From IMG/VR virus record IMGVR_UViG_3300027659_000009, positions 32,001-96,000 of that record: a stretch of 64,000 bases of DNA, one strand, 5' to 3'. A program made the position numbers and the translations under genes. This document shows, piece by piece, positions 10,511-20,704 of this stretch. The DNA comes from a virus. The notes beneath the pieces are model-generated. The model did no database searches. It was not told the origin of the DNA and saw nothing but the letters and a program-made list of their open reading frames with translations. Within the stretch, counting starts at the first letter, position 1. The number at the start of each line of letters is the position of its first letter.

Positions 10511-10702
10511 ATGGATGAGTTTATTAAAACAAATGGGGATATTGAAGCGGAAAAAATAAGAACCCAACTTAAGAAGGAACAATTTATAAAACAGATAAAG
10601 TCTGGTCTCGGTGATCATATCAAAAATAATGGTGGTAAAATAAAAAAAATTAGAAAATCTTTTTTAAGGAGATTTTGGGATAGATTGATAAATGTTTTTT
10701 AG
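10511..10702 (+). CDS. hypothetical protein
   Basis: 63-aa ORF. Confidence 0.5.
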   Translation: MDEFIKTNGDIEAEKIRTQLKKEQFIKQIKSGLGDHIKNNGGKIKKIRKSFLRRFWDRLINVF

Positions 10703-10703
10703 T

Positions 10704-10931
10704 ATGAATTTAGAAAAGTTATTAGAGATTGCGAATGAGTGTGTTGAAAATAAAGTAATAGAAACAGAAGGGTTAACTATTATGTATAAATTAGACGAAC
10801 CAACACATAAAAAATTAGATGAGGAATTATTTTATAATACCAATAACAATCTAAATAATTTTGTTCATAACGATTTGATAGAAATCAACATCGCAGGCAT
10901 TACATTTATTTTCGAAATAGTTAAAGTTTGA
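10704..10931 (+). CDS. hypothetical protein
   Basis: ORF, likely ATG at 10704. Confidence 0.55.
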   Translation: MNLEKLLEIANECVENKVIETEGLTIMYKLDEPTHKKLDEELFYNTNNNLNNFVHNDLIEINIAGITFIFEIVKV

Positions 10932-10962
10932 CATTTTAATCTTTAAACCATATAATTGTCAT

Positions 10963-11976
10963 ATGGAAAATAAAGATATACACAATGATTTTATTGATTT
11001 CATCTTAAATGATGAAAAAGAAGTTTACGACAATGGTTTAAGTCACCCTAGTGTCGAATTTGAGGAACAAGAAAGAAAGGTTGTAGATACAATACTGGAA
11101 GAAAGATTAATCGACTATTACTGTTGTGGTAGATTCTATGGTAACGAAAAACTTGTTTGTGATAACATTAAAAAATTAAGTTCTTGGGTTTGTGATAGAG
11201 ATGGTTTAAACATGAAAGATGTTATAAACAAAATCTTAGATGAAATTAGAGAATGTGAGGATTTGAATCCCGCCTATCAAGAACCATTATCCTATTTATA
11301 TAGAACTAAAAAAGTAGAAGACATCATTAAAAAAACTGATGGGACATACTTCAGTGACAAATTAAAAAATTGTTGTTTGGTTAAGGATGAAAACGGACAG
11401 TGGGATTATGTTAACAAATTAAATTCTAACTACAGTGACGTTTCCGAATTACTAACTACCTTATTTCTAAAAGGTGGACAAATAGAAATGTTATCTAAAC
11501 TTAATGTCACAGAAATTAAAAATTATCTATTATCACTTAAAAAAGGTAATACTATTTATAAATTACTCACTAAATACTTTACCATTGACGAGTATAAAGA
11601 TTTCACATATAATACCAAAAATAATACTAAGGTTGGTGACTTTGTTGAATCCTTAACTAAGGACTTATTCATAAAAGATGGGTTTACTATTATTTTTGAA
11701 GGACAAAATGGTAACTTCATTGATATGATGTACGGTATCGATTTCATCGTAGAAAAAGAAGGTGAAATATTTTTAGTACAAGTAAAGAGTAAATCTAATG
11801 CGGCGTTATTAAGTTCTACTAAAAGACAATACAGATACATCGACATATTCGTAGGACAGTCTAAAGATTTAAATGGTATTAACTTATATTATAGAGAAGA
11901 TGAATTCAAAGAAAGATTTTTTGGGAAAGATGTACTCAAAAGTAATTTGGAATATTTAAAAATAAGATATAAGTAA
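10963..11976 (+). CDS. protein with C-terminal PD-(D/E)xK nuclease-like domain
   Basis: GDFVE...IDMMYGIDFIV...LVQVKS. Confidence 0.5.
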   Translation: MENKDIHNDFIDFILNDEKEVYDNGLSHPSVEFEEQERKVVDTILEERLIDYYCCGRFYGNEKLVCDNIKKLSSWVCDRDGLNMKDVINKILDEIRECEDLNPAYQEPLSYLYRTKKVEDIIKKTDGTYFSDKLKNCCLVKDENGQWDYVNKLNSNYSDVSELLTTLFLKGGQIEMLSKLNVTEIKNYLLSLKKGNTIYKLLTKYFTIDEYKDFTYNTKNNTKVGDFVESLTKDLFIKDGFTIIFEGQNGNFIDMMYGIDFIVEKEGEIFLVQVKSKSNAALLSSTKRQYRYIDIFVGQSKDLNGINLYYREDEFKERFFGKDVLKSNLEYLKIRYK

Positions 11977-11980
11977 AAAA

Positions 11981-12012
11981 TTTGTATATTTATAAATAAA
12001 ATAATATATTTG
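11981..12012 (+). promoter_or_regulatory. Bacteroidota sigmaA-type promoter
   Basis: TTTG-N20-TATATTTG. Confidence 0.7.
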
Positions 12013-12027
12013 TAAAAAAAAAAGATT

Positions 12028-12663
12028 ATGGGATGTGATGTTCATATGTTCGCAGAAAAATTTAACCCACAAAATAAAAAATGGGAAAAGGTGAGTAATA
12101 AGTTTTATGACTCATACGCACTAGACATTATAATAGAAAAAATAATACATAGTTTTGGTTTAACAGACAAAGAGGCAAAAGATATTATCTATAGATATTT
12201 GAGTGGTAAAAATAATCCTAAAAATAAAATGGAGGATTATATTATGAATAAATTTTTAAAACCATCAATTAGTGATGATCCAAATTTTCAATACTGGAAA
12301 GATGAAAGTAAATTCCCACACCCATATACGGATCAACCTTATAGTGGGAGAAATTATGATTTATTTGGTGCACTTGCAGGTGTTAGAAACCCATCTATGG
12401 AATTAATTGCGGATATGGATAGAGGTTTACCTGATGATGTTTCCGATGAACTATGTGATATATTTGATGAATGGGGTATGGATGCACATTCTGCAAACTA
12501 TCTTTATTTAGATGAGATAATGGGTAGTTCTTACTATAAGATGTCTGACAGTAAGTTAAATGACATTGGTGTGGGTACATATTTCTTTAGAGATGTTGTA
12601 GATGCATTGTTAAATATAGGTGATTCTAAGGATGTTAGATTAGTTTTTTGGTTTGATAATTAA
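12028..12663 (+). CDS. conserved phage hypothetical protein
   Basis: MGCDVH...GRNYDLFGALAGVR...RGLPDD...VRLVFWFDN pattern typical of a phage family. Confidence 0.65.
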   Translation: MGCDVHMFAEKFNPQNKKWEKVSNKFYDSYALDIIIEKIIHSFGLTDKEAKDIIYRYLSGKNNPKNKMEDYIMNKFLKPSISDDPNFQYWKDESKFPHPYTDQPYSGRNYDLFGALAGVRNPSMELIADMDRGLPDDVSDELCDIFDEWGMDAHSANYLYLDEIMGSSYYKMSDSKLNDIGVGTYFFRDVVDALLNIGDSKDVRLVFWFDN

Positions 12664-12744
12664 AAAAAATTATTTTTTCTAAAATATTTGACTTTTTAGG
12701 AAATTGTAACTATAATTGTAGTCAGAAATTAAAAAAGTTTTATT

Positions 12745-14166
12745 ATGAGCGACTCTCAAACAATTTTGGTAGAAAATAAAGGTAACGTAACATTAACTGA
12801 TAATGGTATGGTTACAAACAACACCACATTGAATAAATGTGTAGATTTGTTTTTCTCTATTGGATCGATGAGAGGAAAATCAAAAGATAAAGTAGTTAAA
12901 GTTTTCGAAGAAGCCTTTAATGAAAATCCTTTGGTTGCGTCTAAAGTCTTATTTTGGGCTAGAGACGTTAGAGGTGGGTCAGGTGAAAGAAAAGTCTTTA
13001 GAGACGTTATCTCATCCTTAATCACCAACTCACCACAAACTATTAGAAAGAACATTGCTTTAATACCAGAATTTGGTAGATGGGATGATGTTTTAGTTTT
13101 ATTTGGTACAGAGTTAGAGGACGATATGTATTCACTTATTAGAACGGCTTTAACAAACGGAGACGGTCTATGTGCCAAATGGATGCCGAGAAAAGGTATC
13201 ATCGCTAACGGACTTAGAAAATTGTTTAAGGTTACACCGAAACAATATCGAAAGATGTTAGTGGAACTAACTAATGTTGTGGAGACTAAGATGTGTGCTA
13301 GAGATTGGGAGTCAATTGATTATTCTAAACTTCCTTCTCTCGCATCATCTAGATATCAGAAGTCCTTTAAAAGAAACGATTTGACAAGGTATGAAGAATA
13401 TAAAACTGCCTTAGTCGATGGAACTGCAAAAGTTAATGCTGGTGCACTATACCCATATGACATCATAAAATCTATGAATATGGGTGGTGACGATGTTGTT
13501 AATGAGAAACAATGGGAATCATTACCTAATTGGATGGAAGGTTCTGAAGAAAGAATTTTACCAGTTGTTGATGTTTCAGGATCTATGGTTTGTGAGGTAG
13601 CGGGTAATCCTAACCTAACTTGTATGGATATTGCAATATCGTTAGGTATGTATATTTCAGAAAGAAATACGGGTAACTTTAAAGATGCGTTCATCACATT
13701 CTCTGAAAATCCTGAATTACAATACCTAAGAGGAAGCCTAAATGCAAGACTACACCAATTGAGGAGAGCAGAATGGGGTATGAGTACTAATTTAGAAAAA
13801 GTGTTCAGTCTAATTCTAACACAGGCAAAAAATAATAATATTACGGAGGAATTTATGCCGACTAAGATATTAATTTTGTCAGATATGCAATTCAATCAGG
13901 CGAACAGAAGGGATAGTTTGGGGGCACAATCTATGATTGAAGAAATGTATAGTGAGGCAGGGTATAAAGTACCTGATATCGTATACTGGAATTTAAATGC
14001 GAAAGGTGGGAATTTCCCAGTTGAGTTTGATAAAAATGGTACTGCATTAGTATCGGGATTCAGTCCGTCAATTCTTAAATCTATATTAGGTGGAAAGAAT
14101 ATGTCGCCAGAATCAATACTGATGGAAACTATTAATGATATACGATATAGTTTAGTTACTATATAA
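12745..14166 (+). CDS. DUF2828 / TROVE(Ro60)-like RNA-binding protein with C-terminal vWA domain
   Basis: ARDVRGGSGER, FGRWDD, AKWMPR; vWA MIDAS DVSGSM, LSDMQF, YWNL, SGFS. Confidence 0.8.
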   Translation: MSDSQTILVENKGNVTLTDNGMVTNNTTLNKCVDLFFSIGSMRGKSKDKVVKVFEEAFNENPLVASKVLFWARDVRGGSGERKVFRDVISSLITNSPQTIRKNIALIPEFGRWDDVLVLFGTELEDDMYSLIRTALTNGDGLCAKWMPRKGIIANGLRKLFKVTPKQYRKMLVELTNVVETKMCARDWESIDYSKLPSLASSRYQKSFKRNDLTRYEEYKTALVDGTAKVNAGALYPYDIIKSMNMGGDDVVNEKQWESLPNWMEGSEERILPVVDVSGSMVCEVAGNPNLTCMDIAISLGMYISERNTGNFKDAFITFSENPELQYLRGSLNARLHQLRRAEWGMSTNLEKVFSLILTQAKNNNITEEFMPTKILILSDMQFNQANRRDSLGAQSMIEEMYSEAGYKVPDIVYWNLNAKGGNFPVEFDKNGTALVSGFSPSILKSILGGKNMSPESILMETINDIRYSLVTI

Positions 14167-14179
14167 AACGTTCTTTGAA
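14167..14179 (+). promoter_or_regulatory. boxA-like element (GTTCTTTGAA)
   Basis: aaacgttctttgaa identical to the sequence at 28691 before the tRNAs; also found before the tmRNA. Confidence 0.55.
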
Positions 14180-14184
14180 GATAT

Positions 14185-14346
14185 TTGTGGTAGTAAACGA
14201 ATCATTGCAGCAAAATTTAAAACTATAAATTTAACTACAATAGATAGGGCTTTGATAACCCACATAACTACATGGGTGTAAACCGTGAAAGCGGAGGAAC
14301 CACTCAGGGTTATGAGAAAAAGTGTCAGACGATTCCGATACCACAA
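14185..14346 (+). ncRNA. putative structured ncRNA 1 (Y-RNA-like candidate)
   Basis: terminal helix ttgtggta/taccacaa plus gaatc/gattc; blocks shared with ncRNA 2. Confidence 0.65.
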
Positions 14347-14354
14347 TGTTATTA

Positions 14355-14675
14355 GGTGTAAAGGGTTGGGGGTTATCGAACTCCCTTTAAGTCCAATAAA
14401 CGAATGGTTTCTGCAACTTTAAAAACTACAAAAACAAGTTCAGAAGGGGTTTTACCACTTTACTTCGATAAAAGTATAAAGTGGACGACCATAGGTGAGT
14501 TAAAGTGGGTGTACCCCACACTCTAGGTCGTAAAACATACCTCTTGTTTATCTCATGTGAAAAAGATAGTTGGATTTGTCTCAACTAAAAAAACAGACAC
14601 CCAAACCTATATGGGTTAAAAATGTGGGGGTGATACTATATCACTTAAAAAAAATAGGATCACCATTCCGACACC
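14355..14675 (+). ncRNA. putative structured ncRNA 2 (Y-RNA-like candidate)
   Basis: ggtgt/acacc and gaatggt/accattc closing helices; many internal hairpins; raised GC. Confidence 0.65.
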
Positions 14676-14682
14676 GAAATTA

Positions 14683-14710
14683 AAGAGGGAAGAGAAATCT
14701 TCCCTTTTTT
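14683..14710 (+). terminator. intrinsic terminator
   Basis: agggaaga-gaaa-tcttccct plus T tract. Confidence 0.8.
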
Positions 14711-14783
14711 ATTTTATAACGTTTACAGTTAAATATTTTTTTAGTAAAATTATGGAAATAATAAAAAAATAAAAATATGAATT

Positions 14784-15257
14784 ATGAAAATAATTACTAA
14801 AAATAATAAGTTAGAAAAAGGTATTAGACATTATTTAGTTTATTTAGTTGATGATAATAATAACCCTATTGAATGTATAGATGCAGTGGGTGAAGAAGAA
14901 AGAACTCAAAAGGAAAATGAACTCAGTGGGAAATATGAAATATCTACAGAAAATGTGGAATATGTTTCATTAGAAAAATTTAGAACACAAAATAGAGATT
15001 ATACTCCATTGATTTTGGTGTTTTACTTAGAAAAATCGTTGTTTAATAATACTGATATGATTAGAAGTTACGGTGAAAACGTTAGATCTTATTTAGAGAA
15101 TAGAGGGGATGACGTTAGAATATTCTTTATGCCAACAGAAGGTAAAGAAGAAATTAAATGTATTAACCCATTATACATTGATGAGGTTAGTGATATTGAA
15201 AAATTAAATGATTTAGTATCTGATTTAGAGAATAAATTTCAAGTAGGGGTTGAGTAA
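14784..15257 (+). CDS. hypothetical protein
   Basis: 157-aa ORF. Confidence 0.6.
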   Translation: MKIITKNNKLEKGIRHYLVYLVDDNNNPIECIDAVGEEERTQKENELSGKYEISTENVEYVSLEKFRTQNRDYTPLILVFYLEKSLFNNTDMIRSYGENVRSYLENRGDDVRIFFMPTEGKEEIKCINPLYIDEVSDIEKLNDLVSDLENKFQVGVE

Positions 15258-15908
15258 TTAAGGTCGGGTGGATGTACGATAAGTTTTATTCATACTCCAC
15301 CCAGTCTTTTCTGAAATTCTCTTATATAATTTAGTCCTACCCTTATCCCCAACTAACCCAGTGAATACTACATTATTAATTTTGTTATGATCACAAAATT
15401 CCTTTATAGTTAAATATAATCTTTTTGCGTCATTACTATTTTTACAAGTTATAATATCAAAGTCACCATTTTGGTGAATTAAAACTTTATTGATAACGTA
15501 GTTTACCATTTTAATGTTGTCTTCTTTAGACTTCTTCAGTAAAATCCGTTTTATTATTTCTTTGGTTTCTAATCTATAATCAAAACCAAATACGGTAAAT
15601 TTTTCTTCGTAAAAATATTCATCTTTGTGTACCATAGTCCAACTATCACTGTTAATTGTGATAGGTATAACTCTCCCTAAATCGTCTCTTTCAAAATAAT
15701 CACTATCCCTTTCTTCTTTCTCTTTAAGGAAAAGAATTTCGTATGTCACAGATTTAATTTTTTTATACGCGTTATTTTTTTTAGGGAATAATACTTTATT
15801 GTTATCCCTAATTTTATAATATTTTTCTTTTACAATATCTTCACTATTACCCTCATATAGTATTTTTTTCTTTTTACCATTTTGGGTGATAATAATTCTG
15901 TAGCGCAT
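15258..15908 (-). CDS. hypothetical protein
   Basis: 216-aa ORF. Confidence 0.6.
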   Translation of the reverse strand: MRYRIIITQNGKKKKILYEGNSEDIVKEKYYKIRDNNKVLFPKKNNAYKKIKSVTYEILFLKEKEERDSDYFERDDLGRVIPITINSDSWTMVHKDEYFYEEKFTVFGFDYRLETKEIIKRILLKKSKEDNIKMVNYVINKVLIHQNGDFDIITCKNSNDAKRLYLTIKEFCDHNKINNVVFTGLVGDKGRTKLYKRISEKTGWSMNKTYRTSTRP

Positions 15909-15961
15909 ATCTTTATTTTTTATAAAAAATACTTATTATTTGTAATAAATAAATAGAAGTA

Positions 15962-16945
15962 ATGAATAAAGATTATTATAAAATATTAGAAATTGAAAGA
16001 AACTCCACTGAAAATGATATAAAAAAGTCATATAGGAGGTTATCTAAACAGTATCATCCCGATGTAAATCCTGATAATAAAGAGGCGGAAGAAAAGTTTA
16101 AAGATATTGCCGAAGCGTATTCTATATTATCAGACAAAGAAAAAAAAGTAAACTATGATAGGTTTGGAACTGCCGATGGTAGAACTAACCCTTTCAGTGG
16201 TATGAACGATTTTGCATCTTTTTTTAACGGACAAAACAGAAGAAGAAAAGGTACTGATATTAGATTAAACGTTAAAATAAGTTTAGAGGAGGTATTTGAG
16301 GGTGTCCATAAAAAAATAAAATACCGTAAGTCAAATGGGTGTAATACTTGTAATAATACAGGTGGTGAGACAACACATTGTAATTCTTGTGGTGGTAGTG
16401 GTATGGTTTCTCAGATACAAAACACTCCGTTTGGTACGATGTCTAATGTGACTACTTGTCCCACATGTTCTGGATTAGGAGAGATGGTTATAAAAAAATG
16501 TGAAACTTGTTTTGGTTTGGGTACTAATACTGGTGAGGTGGAATTTGAATTCGACATTCCCAAAGGGATAATGGACGGAGAATCATTTAAAGTTAACGGT
16601 ATGGGTAATTCCATTAGAAAGGGAATTGATGGTGACTTAATATTAAATATTATTGAAACTCCACACGATAAATACAGAAGAGTTGGTAACGACATACATC
16701 AAAGAGTTAGTTTAGATTATAAAGATTTAGTGTTGGGTAACGATGAAATACAAGTAGATACTTTGGAAGGTAAAATAAAGTTTAAAATTAAGGAAGGTAC
16801 TAAAGTAGGTAGTATGTTAAGAATACCGAATAGAGGTTTATTTAGAAAAAATGAAAAGGGTGATATGTTAATTGAGGTATGGTTAGATATACCAGAGAAT
16901 GTCAGTGAAGAAGAAAAAGAAAAAATAAAAGACTTAAAAATTTGA
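15962..16945 (+). CDS. dnaJ: molecular chaperone DnaJ
   Basis: J-domain HPD motif, CxxCxGxG zinc-finger repeats, C-terminal domain. Confidence 0.95.
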   Translation: MNKDYYKILEIERNSTENDIKKSYRRLSKQYHPDVNPDNKEAEEKFKDIAEAYSILSDKEKKVNYDRFGTADGRTNPFSGMNDFASFFNGQNRRRKGTDIRLNVKISLEEVFEGVHKKIKYRKSNGCNTCNNTGGETTHCNSCGGSGMVSQIQNTPFGTMSNVTTCPTCSGLGEMVIKKCETCFGLGTNTGEVEFEFDIPKGIMDGESFKVNGMGNSIRKGIDGDLILNIIETPHDKYRRVGNDIHQRVSLDYKDLVLGNDEIQVDTLEGKIKFKIKEGTKVGSMLRIPNRGLFRKNEKGDMLIEVWLDIPENVSEEEKEKIKDLKI

Positions 16946-16999
16946 TTTTTTTAAAAATAATGTCTATTATTAAACATCAATATAAAAAAAATATAATTT

Positions 17000-17425
17000 A
17001 TGGCAAAATTTGAAGAGGTCTACGAAGACACATTAACGTTGTTTCAGAAACACATTGATCAAACATCCATTCCTAGAATGGTGAAAATTAAAATTTTATC
17101 TAACGACGCAATTAAGAAAGAGTTCGGTAAGGTTTCAAAGACTAGTGACATTGTTAAGTTTATGACAGACTATGATGTAGTTATTCAAGTCAATGAACCA
17201 ATTTTCGATCAATTGGAGGACAAACAAAAAGAATACGTTGTAAGAGATTTGTTAGCACAAATTGTTTACGATATGGAAAAAGATAAAATCAGCATTGTGT
17301 CACACGATATCACTACGTTTAGTGGTGTTTTAAGAAACTTTGATATCGACACATACCTTTCTATTAAAGAAAGTATAATAACTCTTCTAGAACAAAAACA
17401 AATAGAAGCAGATTCAAAAAAATAA
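17000..17425 (+). CDS. hypothetical protein (possibly degenerate phage metallopeptidase fold)
   Basis: 141-aa ORF; no intact HExxH. Confidence 0.5.
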   Translation: MAKFEEVYEDTLTLFQKHIDQTSIPRMVKIKILSNDAIKKEFGKVSKTSDIVKFMTDYDVVIQVNEPIFDQLEDKQKEYVVRDLLAQIVYDMEKDKISIVSHDITTFSGVLRNFDIDTYLSIKESIITLLEQKQIEADSKK

Positions 17426-17428
17426 ATT

Positions 17429-17623
17429 ATGAGTATTAACAAAATTGCTACAGATCCTAGTTTAACGGATCAAGAAAAGAATTGGGAGTTAATGAGTGTT
17501 TTAGGTCTAAAATGGTCAGAAACTAAAGAACTTTCAGAAGAAGATAAATCTTTTCTTTTAGAAAAAGTAGAATTGATTAAGGTTCAGATGTCCCAACAGG
17601 CATCATACGAATCAAATCGATAA
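17429..17623 (+). CDS. hypothetical protein
   Basis: 64-aa ORF followed by a terminator hairpin at 17633-17665. Confidence 0.55.
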   Translation: MSINKIATDPSLTDQEKNWELMSVLGLKWSETKELSEEDKSFLLEKVELIKVQMSQQASYESNR

Positions 17624-17676
17624 GACTTATTTAAAGGGGTATCATTTGGTACCCCTTAATTTTTTAAAAGATATTT

Positions 17677-18264
17677 ATGAACGGACGCATAAGAGTTAAT
17701 GCGGGCTATAGTTTTGAGAGGGATGTGAGAAAAAAATATAATTTTGAAAGGTATATTAAATCTCCTCGTATAAAATGGGCTGGTATCGGAAGAAATAATG
17801 TGGATAAGATAATGAGTCTAAGTAAAGATCCAGAATTATTTAAACCAATAATGGAAGAGTCTAGATTCATAAAGGCGGATGCTAAAGATAAGAAAGGTAA
17901 TCTTTATGAGATAAAGAAATACTCTAAAAAAGATTTAAAAAAATACAGACTTTATTCAGAACCTATTATAAAGGTAGCCCCAACTAGAAGTAAATGGGGT
18001 AAAGGAAATTCTTTTTTCGACAATTTTAATGGGTCGGATGATTATAATAATTTTATTGAGAGTATAATCAAATCAAAGTGGTGGAAGAAACTTAATAAAA
18101 AAATTTTAGAGAATATTTATAAATCTAATTGTGGGTTGTTTACTAAAGACGGTGCAATCCCAAATGAGTTGTTAGAATATAAATGGGTAATAAATAAAGG
18201 TGAATATGGGACTATATTCGATAATTATCATAGAATAAGTATTATAGTTAAACTTAGAGACTAG
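17677..18264 (+). CDS. putative PD-(D/E)xK endonuclease
   Basis: GYSFE...KADAKD...YEIKK; basic; next to two methyltransferases. Confidence 0.45.
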   Translation: MNGRIRVNAGYSFERDVRKKYNFERYIKSPRIKWAGIGRNNVDKIMSLSKDPELFKPIMEESRFIKADAKDKKGNLYEIKKYSKKDLKKYRLYSEPIIKVAPTRSKWGKGNSFFDNFNGSDDYNNFIESIIKSKWWKKLNKKILENIYKSNCGLFTKDGAIPNELLEYKWVINKGEYGTIFDNYHRISIIVKLRD

Positions 18265-18308
18265 GTTGACTATTCAAAAAAAAATAATTATTATTAAAGA
18301 AAAAATAG

Positions 18309-19220
18309 ATGATTAGTTATATTGGTGGTAAGGCTAGAATATCTAAATGGATAGTTCCGTACATACCGAGAGATATTGAAACATATGTTGAACCATTCAG
18401 TGGTATGTTTTGGGTATTTTTTAAAATGGATTTAAATCACTACCCTAATTTGAAAACGGTAGTCTATAATGATTTTAATGGACTTAACTCAAACTTATTT
18501 AGTTGTTGTAAAGAATATGATAGAATGTGGGACGAAATGTCAAAGTACCCCTGTCAACAATTAGGTATTGAGGACACACCAACCACATATGAAGAAATGT
18601 TCGATGAGTATCAGAAAGAAGTTTTTCATAGTGGTATAACAATTACTGAAGATAATAAATTTGAGGTTGCAGCAAAATATGTTTATGTATTAACTCAAAT
18701 ATTCTCTGGTTCTAAACCAGAAACATCGTCATATATGGACTATAAAGGTAAATACAGATGTAAGGTATTAATCTTTATGGATAAACTTAAGGATAGAAAA
18801 TATCGTTCACACTTTGATAAAATTACATTTGTTGAAAATATGGATTTTCAGGAAGTGATTGAGAAATATGATTCTGAGAAAACATATTTTTATGTTGATC
18901 CACCGTATTGGAAAACTGAAAATTATTATTCTAATCACGATTTTGATAGAAACGATCATGAAAGATTGGCAGATTCATTAAAATCTATTAGTGGTAAATT
19001 TTCTCTTAGTTATTATGATTTTCCTATATTAAGGGTTTGGTTTCCTAAACACGAATATGTTTGGGAAATGAAAGAATTTGCTAAAGCCGCATCAGCAAAA
19101 AGTGGTGTGAAGCAAAATATGGGTGAAGAACTGTTAGTTATGAACTACGGAGAAAACCAAAATATATTACCTGTTTTCGGAGAACAGTTAGATTTGTTTA
19201 AACATTCATTTTTATTATAA
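18309..19220 (+). CDS. dam: DNA adenine methyltransferase (D12/Dam class)
   Basis: YIGGK, YVEPFSG, NDFN, YVDPPY. Confidence 0.85.
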   Translation: MISYIGGKARISKWIVPYIPRDIETYVEPFSGMFWVFFKMDLNHYPNLKTVVYNDFNGLNSNLFSCCKEYDRMWDEMSKYPCQQLGIEDTPTTYEEMFDEYQKEVFHSGITITEDNKFEVAAKYVYVLTQIFSGSKPETSSYMDYKGKYRCKVLIFMDKLKDRKYRSHFDKITFVENMDFQEVIEKYDSEKTYFYVDPPYWKTENYYSNHDFDRNDHERLADSLKSISGKFSLSYYDFPILRVWFPKHEYVWEMKEFAKAASAKSGVKQNMGEELLVMNYGENQNILPVFGEQLDLFKHSFLL

Positions 19221-19221
19221 T

Positions 19222-20136
19222 ATGGCAAAAAGACCAAAAAGAAAAGTAGATGTCGTTCAAGGAGTTTTGTTCGATCTAAAAGAGTACACAACTGGTGTTA
19301 CTGAGGTTGAAATAACTAAAGATGTCTTTAGTGATGTGGAAGAAATATATGGGGTAACAAATTCTACTGATGTAGGGTTACTCACAAATGAAATATATTG
19401 TGGTGATACAGTTGAGACTATGAAATTGATTAATGATAAATCTATAAGACTTATATTAACTTCACCACCATACTTGGCTTCTATTAGGAAAGACAATCAT
19501 AAGTATCCTGGTGCTAAGGATATCATTAAAGATAACCAACCAGTTAAAGAGTATTTAAGTTGGTTGGTGGAAGTATTTAAAGAATATGAGAGAATATTAA
19601 CTGACGATGGTGTTATTGTTTTTAATTATAGTTATACCACTTTTAATCCTTCGTTACCATACATTTTGATTAATGAAGTTTTTGAAAATACGGGATTAGA
19701 GATATATGATACTGCATCTTGGAAAAAGAAATCTTGTGTACCAATAAGTGGGCACCCAAATAGATTGACTAGAATTGTTGAGATGGTGTACATATTTGCA
19801 AAGACACCTAACTTCAATGCGAATAAAAAAGTTGTAACTATTTCTAAAACGGGTCAAAGATATTACAAAACCTACTTTAACTTTATTGAGGCAAAAAATA
19901 ATGATGGAAAGGTTGAGGGTCATGAGGCGACATTCTCATCTGAATTCGCTAAGTTCTTTATTGACTTATACTCTGAACCAAATGATATCGTTCTTGATAA
20001 TTTTTCAGGTACTGGTACCACACCATATGCGTCATCTAAAATGGGTAGACAGTTTATTGGTATTGATTTAGTTGAGGATTACTGTGATTATGCTAGAGAT
20101 CGTATGCAAAAACTTTATGAAGAAAGAAACAAATAA
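19222..20136 (+). CDS. N4-cytosine/N6-adenine DNA methyltransferase, beta class
   Basis: TSPPY precedes VLDNFSGTGTT; HEATF. Confidence 0.85.
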   Translation: MAKRPKRKVDVVQGVLFDLKEYTTGVTEVEITKDVFSDVEEIYGVTNSTDVGLLTNEIYCGDTVETMKLINDKSIRLILTSPPYLASIRKDNHKYPGAKDIIKDNQPVKEYLSWLVEVFKEYERILTDDGVIVFNYSYTTFNPSLPYILINEVFENTGLEIYDTASWKKKSCVPISGHPNRLTRIVEMVYIFAKTPNFNANKKVVTISKTGQRYYKTYFNFIEAKNNDGKVEGHEATFSSEFAKFFIDLYSEPNDIVLDNFSGTGTTPYASSKMGRQFIGIDLVEDYCDYARDRMQKLYEERNK

Positions 20137-20185
20137 ATTTTGTTTTTTATAAATATTTTATTAACTTCGTACCAAACTATAATAA

Positions 20186-20587
20186 ATGAGTGAGACGTTA
20201 ATTAAGAAACTTAAAGATTATTTAGATGAAAAACCAAACTACGAAAAGTTTGTAATTCTTTATGATGAGATGTCATATGATTTAGATTTCATTAAAAATC
20301 TTTATCCAGATGAACTTAAAACGTTTCAGGATTTAAAATTTACCCCACACAAAAACAATTTTTATGACACCGATAAAGGAGTGCAAGCCCTTCTTAACTT
20401 TGATAACGGACATTACGTATCTGTTATTGGGGGAAGTGTTGGGTTTTATGGTGATGGTGTTAATACCTTTGAGGTAGGATATCCTTTACCTGATGATAGT
20501 ATTGATGTTGCTGGTTGGTTAGAACCTGAAGAGGTGACAGAAATGATGTTTAAAATACAAATGAGAAAACCTTTAAAAAATGAGTAG
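20186..20587 (+). CDS. hypothetical protein
   Basis: 133-aa ORF. Confidence 0.6.
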   Translation: MSETLIKKLKDYLDEKPNYEKFVILYDEMSYDLDFIKNLYPDELKTFQDLKFTPHKNNFYDTDKGVQALLNFDNGHYVSVIGGSVGFYGDGVNTFEVGYPLPDDSIDVAGWLEPEEVTEMMFKIQMRKPLKNE

Positions 20588-20624
20588 TAAAAGTGAAATT
20601 ATCGGTATTTTAGAGGAAATGGTT

Positions 20625-20678
20625 TAATAACGTCCGATGATAAACAATCGTTTTAATGTTGTTTATCATTTGTTATAT
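20625..20678. repeat. TAAC...GTTA-bounded palindrome (attC-like)
   Basis: atgataaacaa/ttgtttatcat perfect arms flanked by taac and gtta. Confidence 0.5.
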
Positions 20679-20704
20679 TTTTAGTTATTAATTTGTTTTA
20701 TCCT

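Noticed and set aside
14152-14346. 64-aa minus-strand ORF
   Set aside because: Antisense to ncRNA 1; structure and motifs shared with ncRNA 2 explain the region better.
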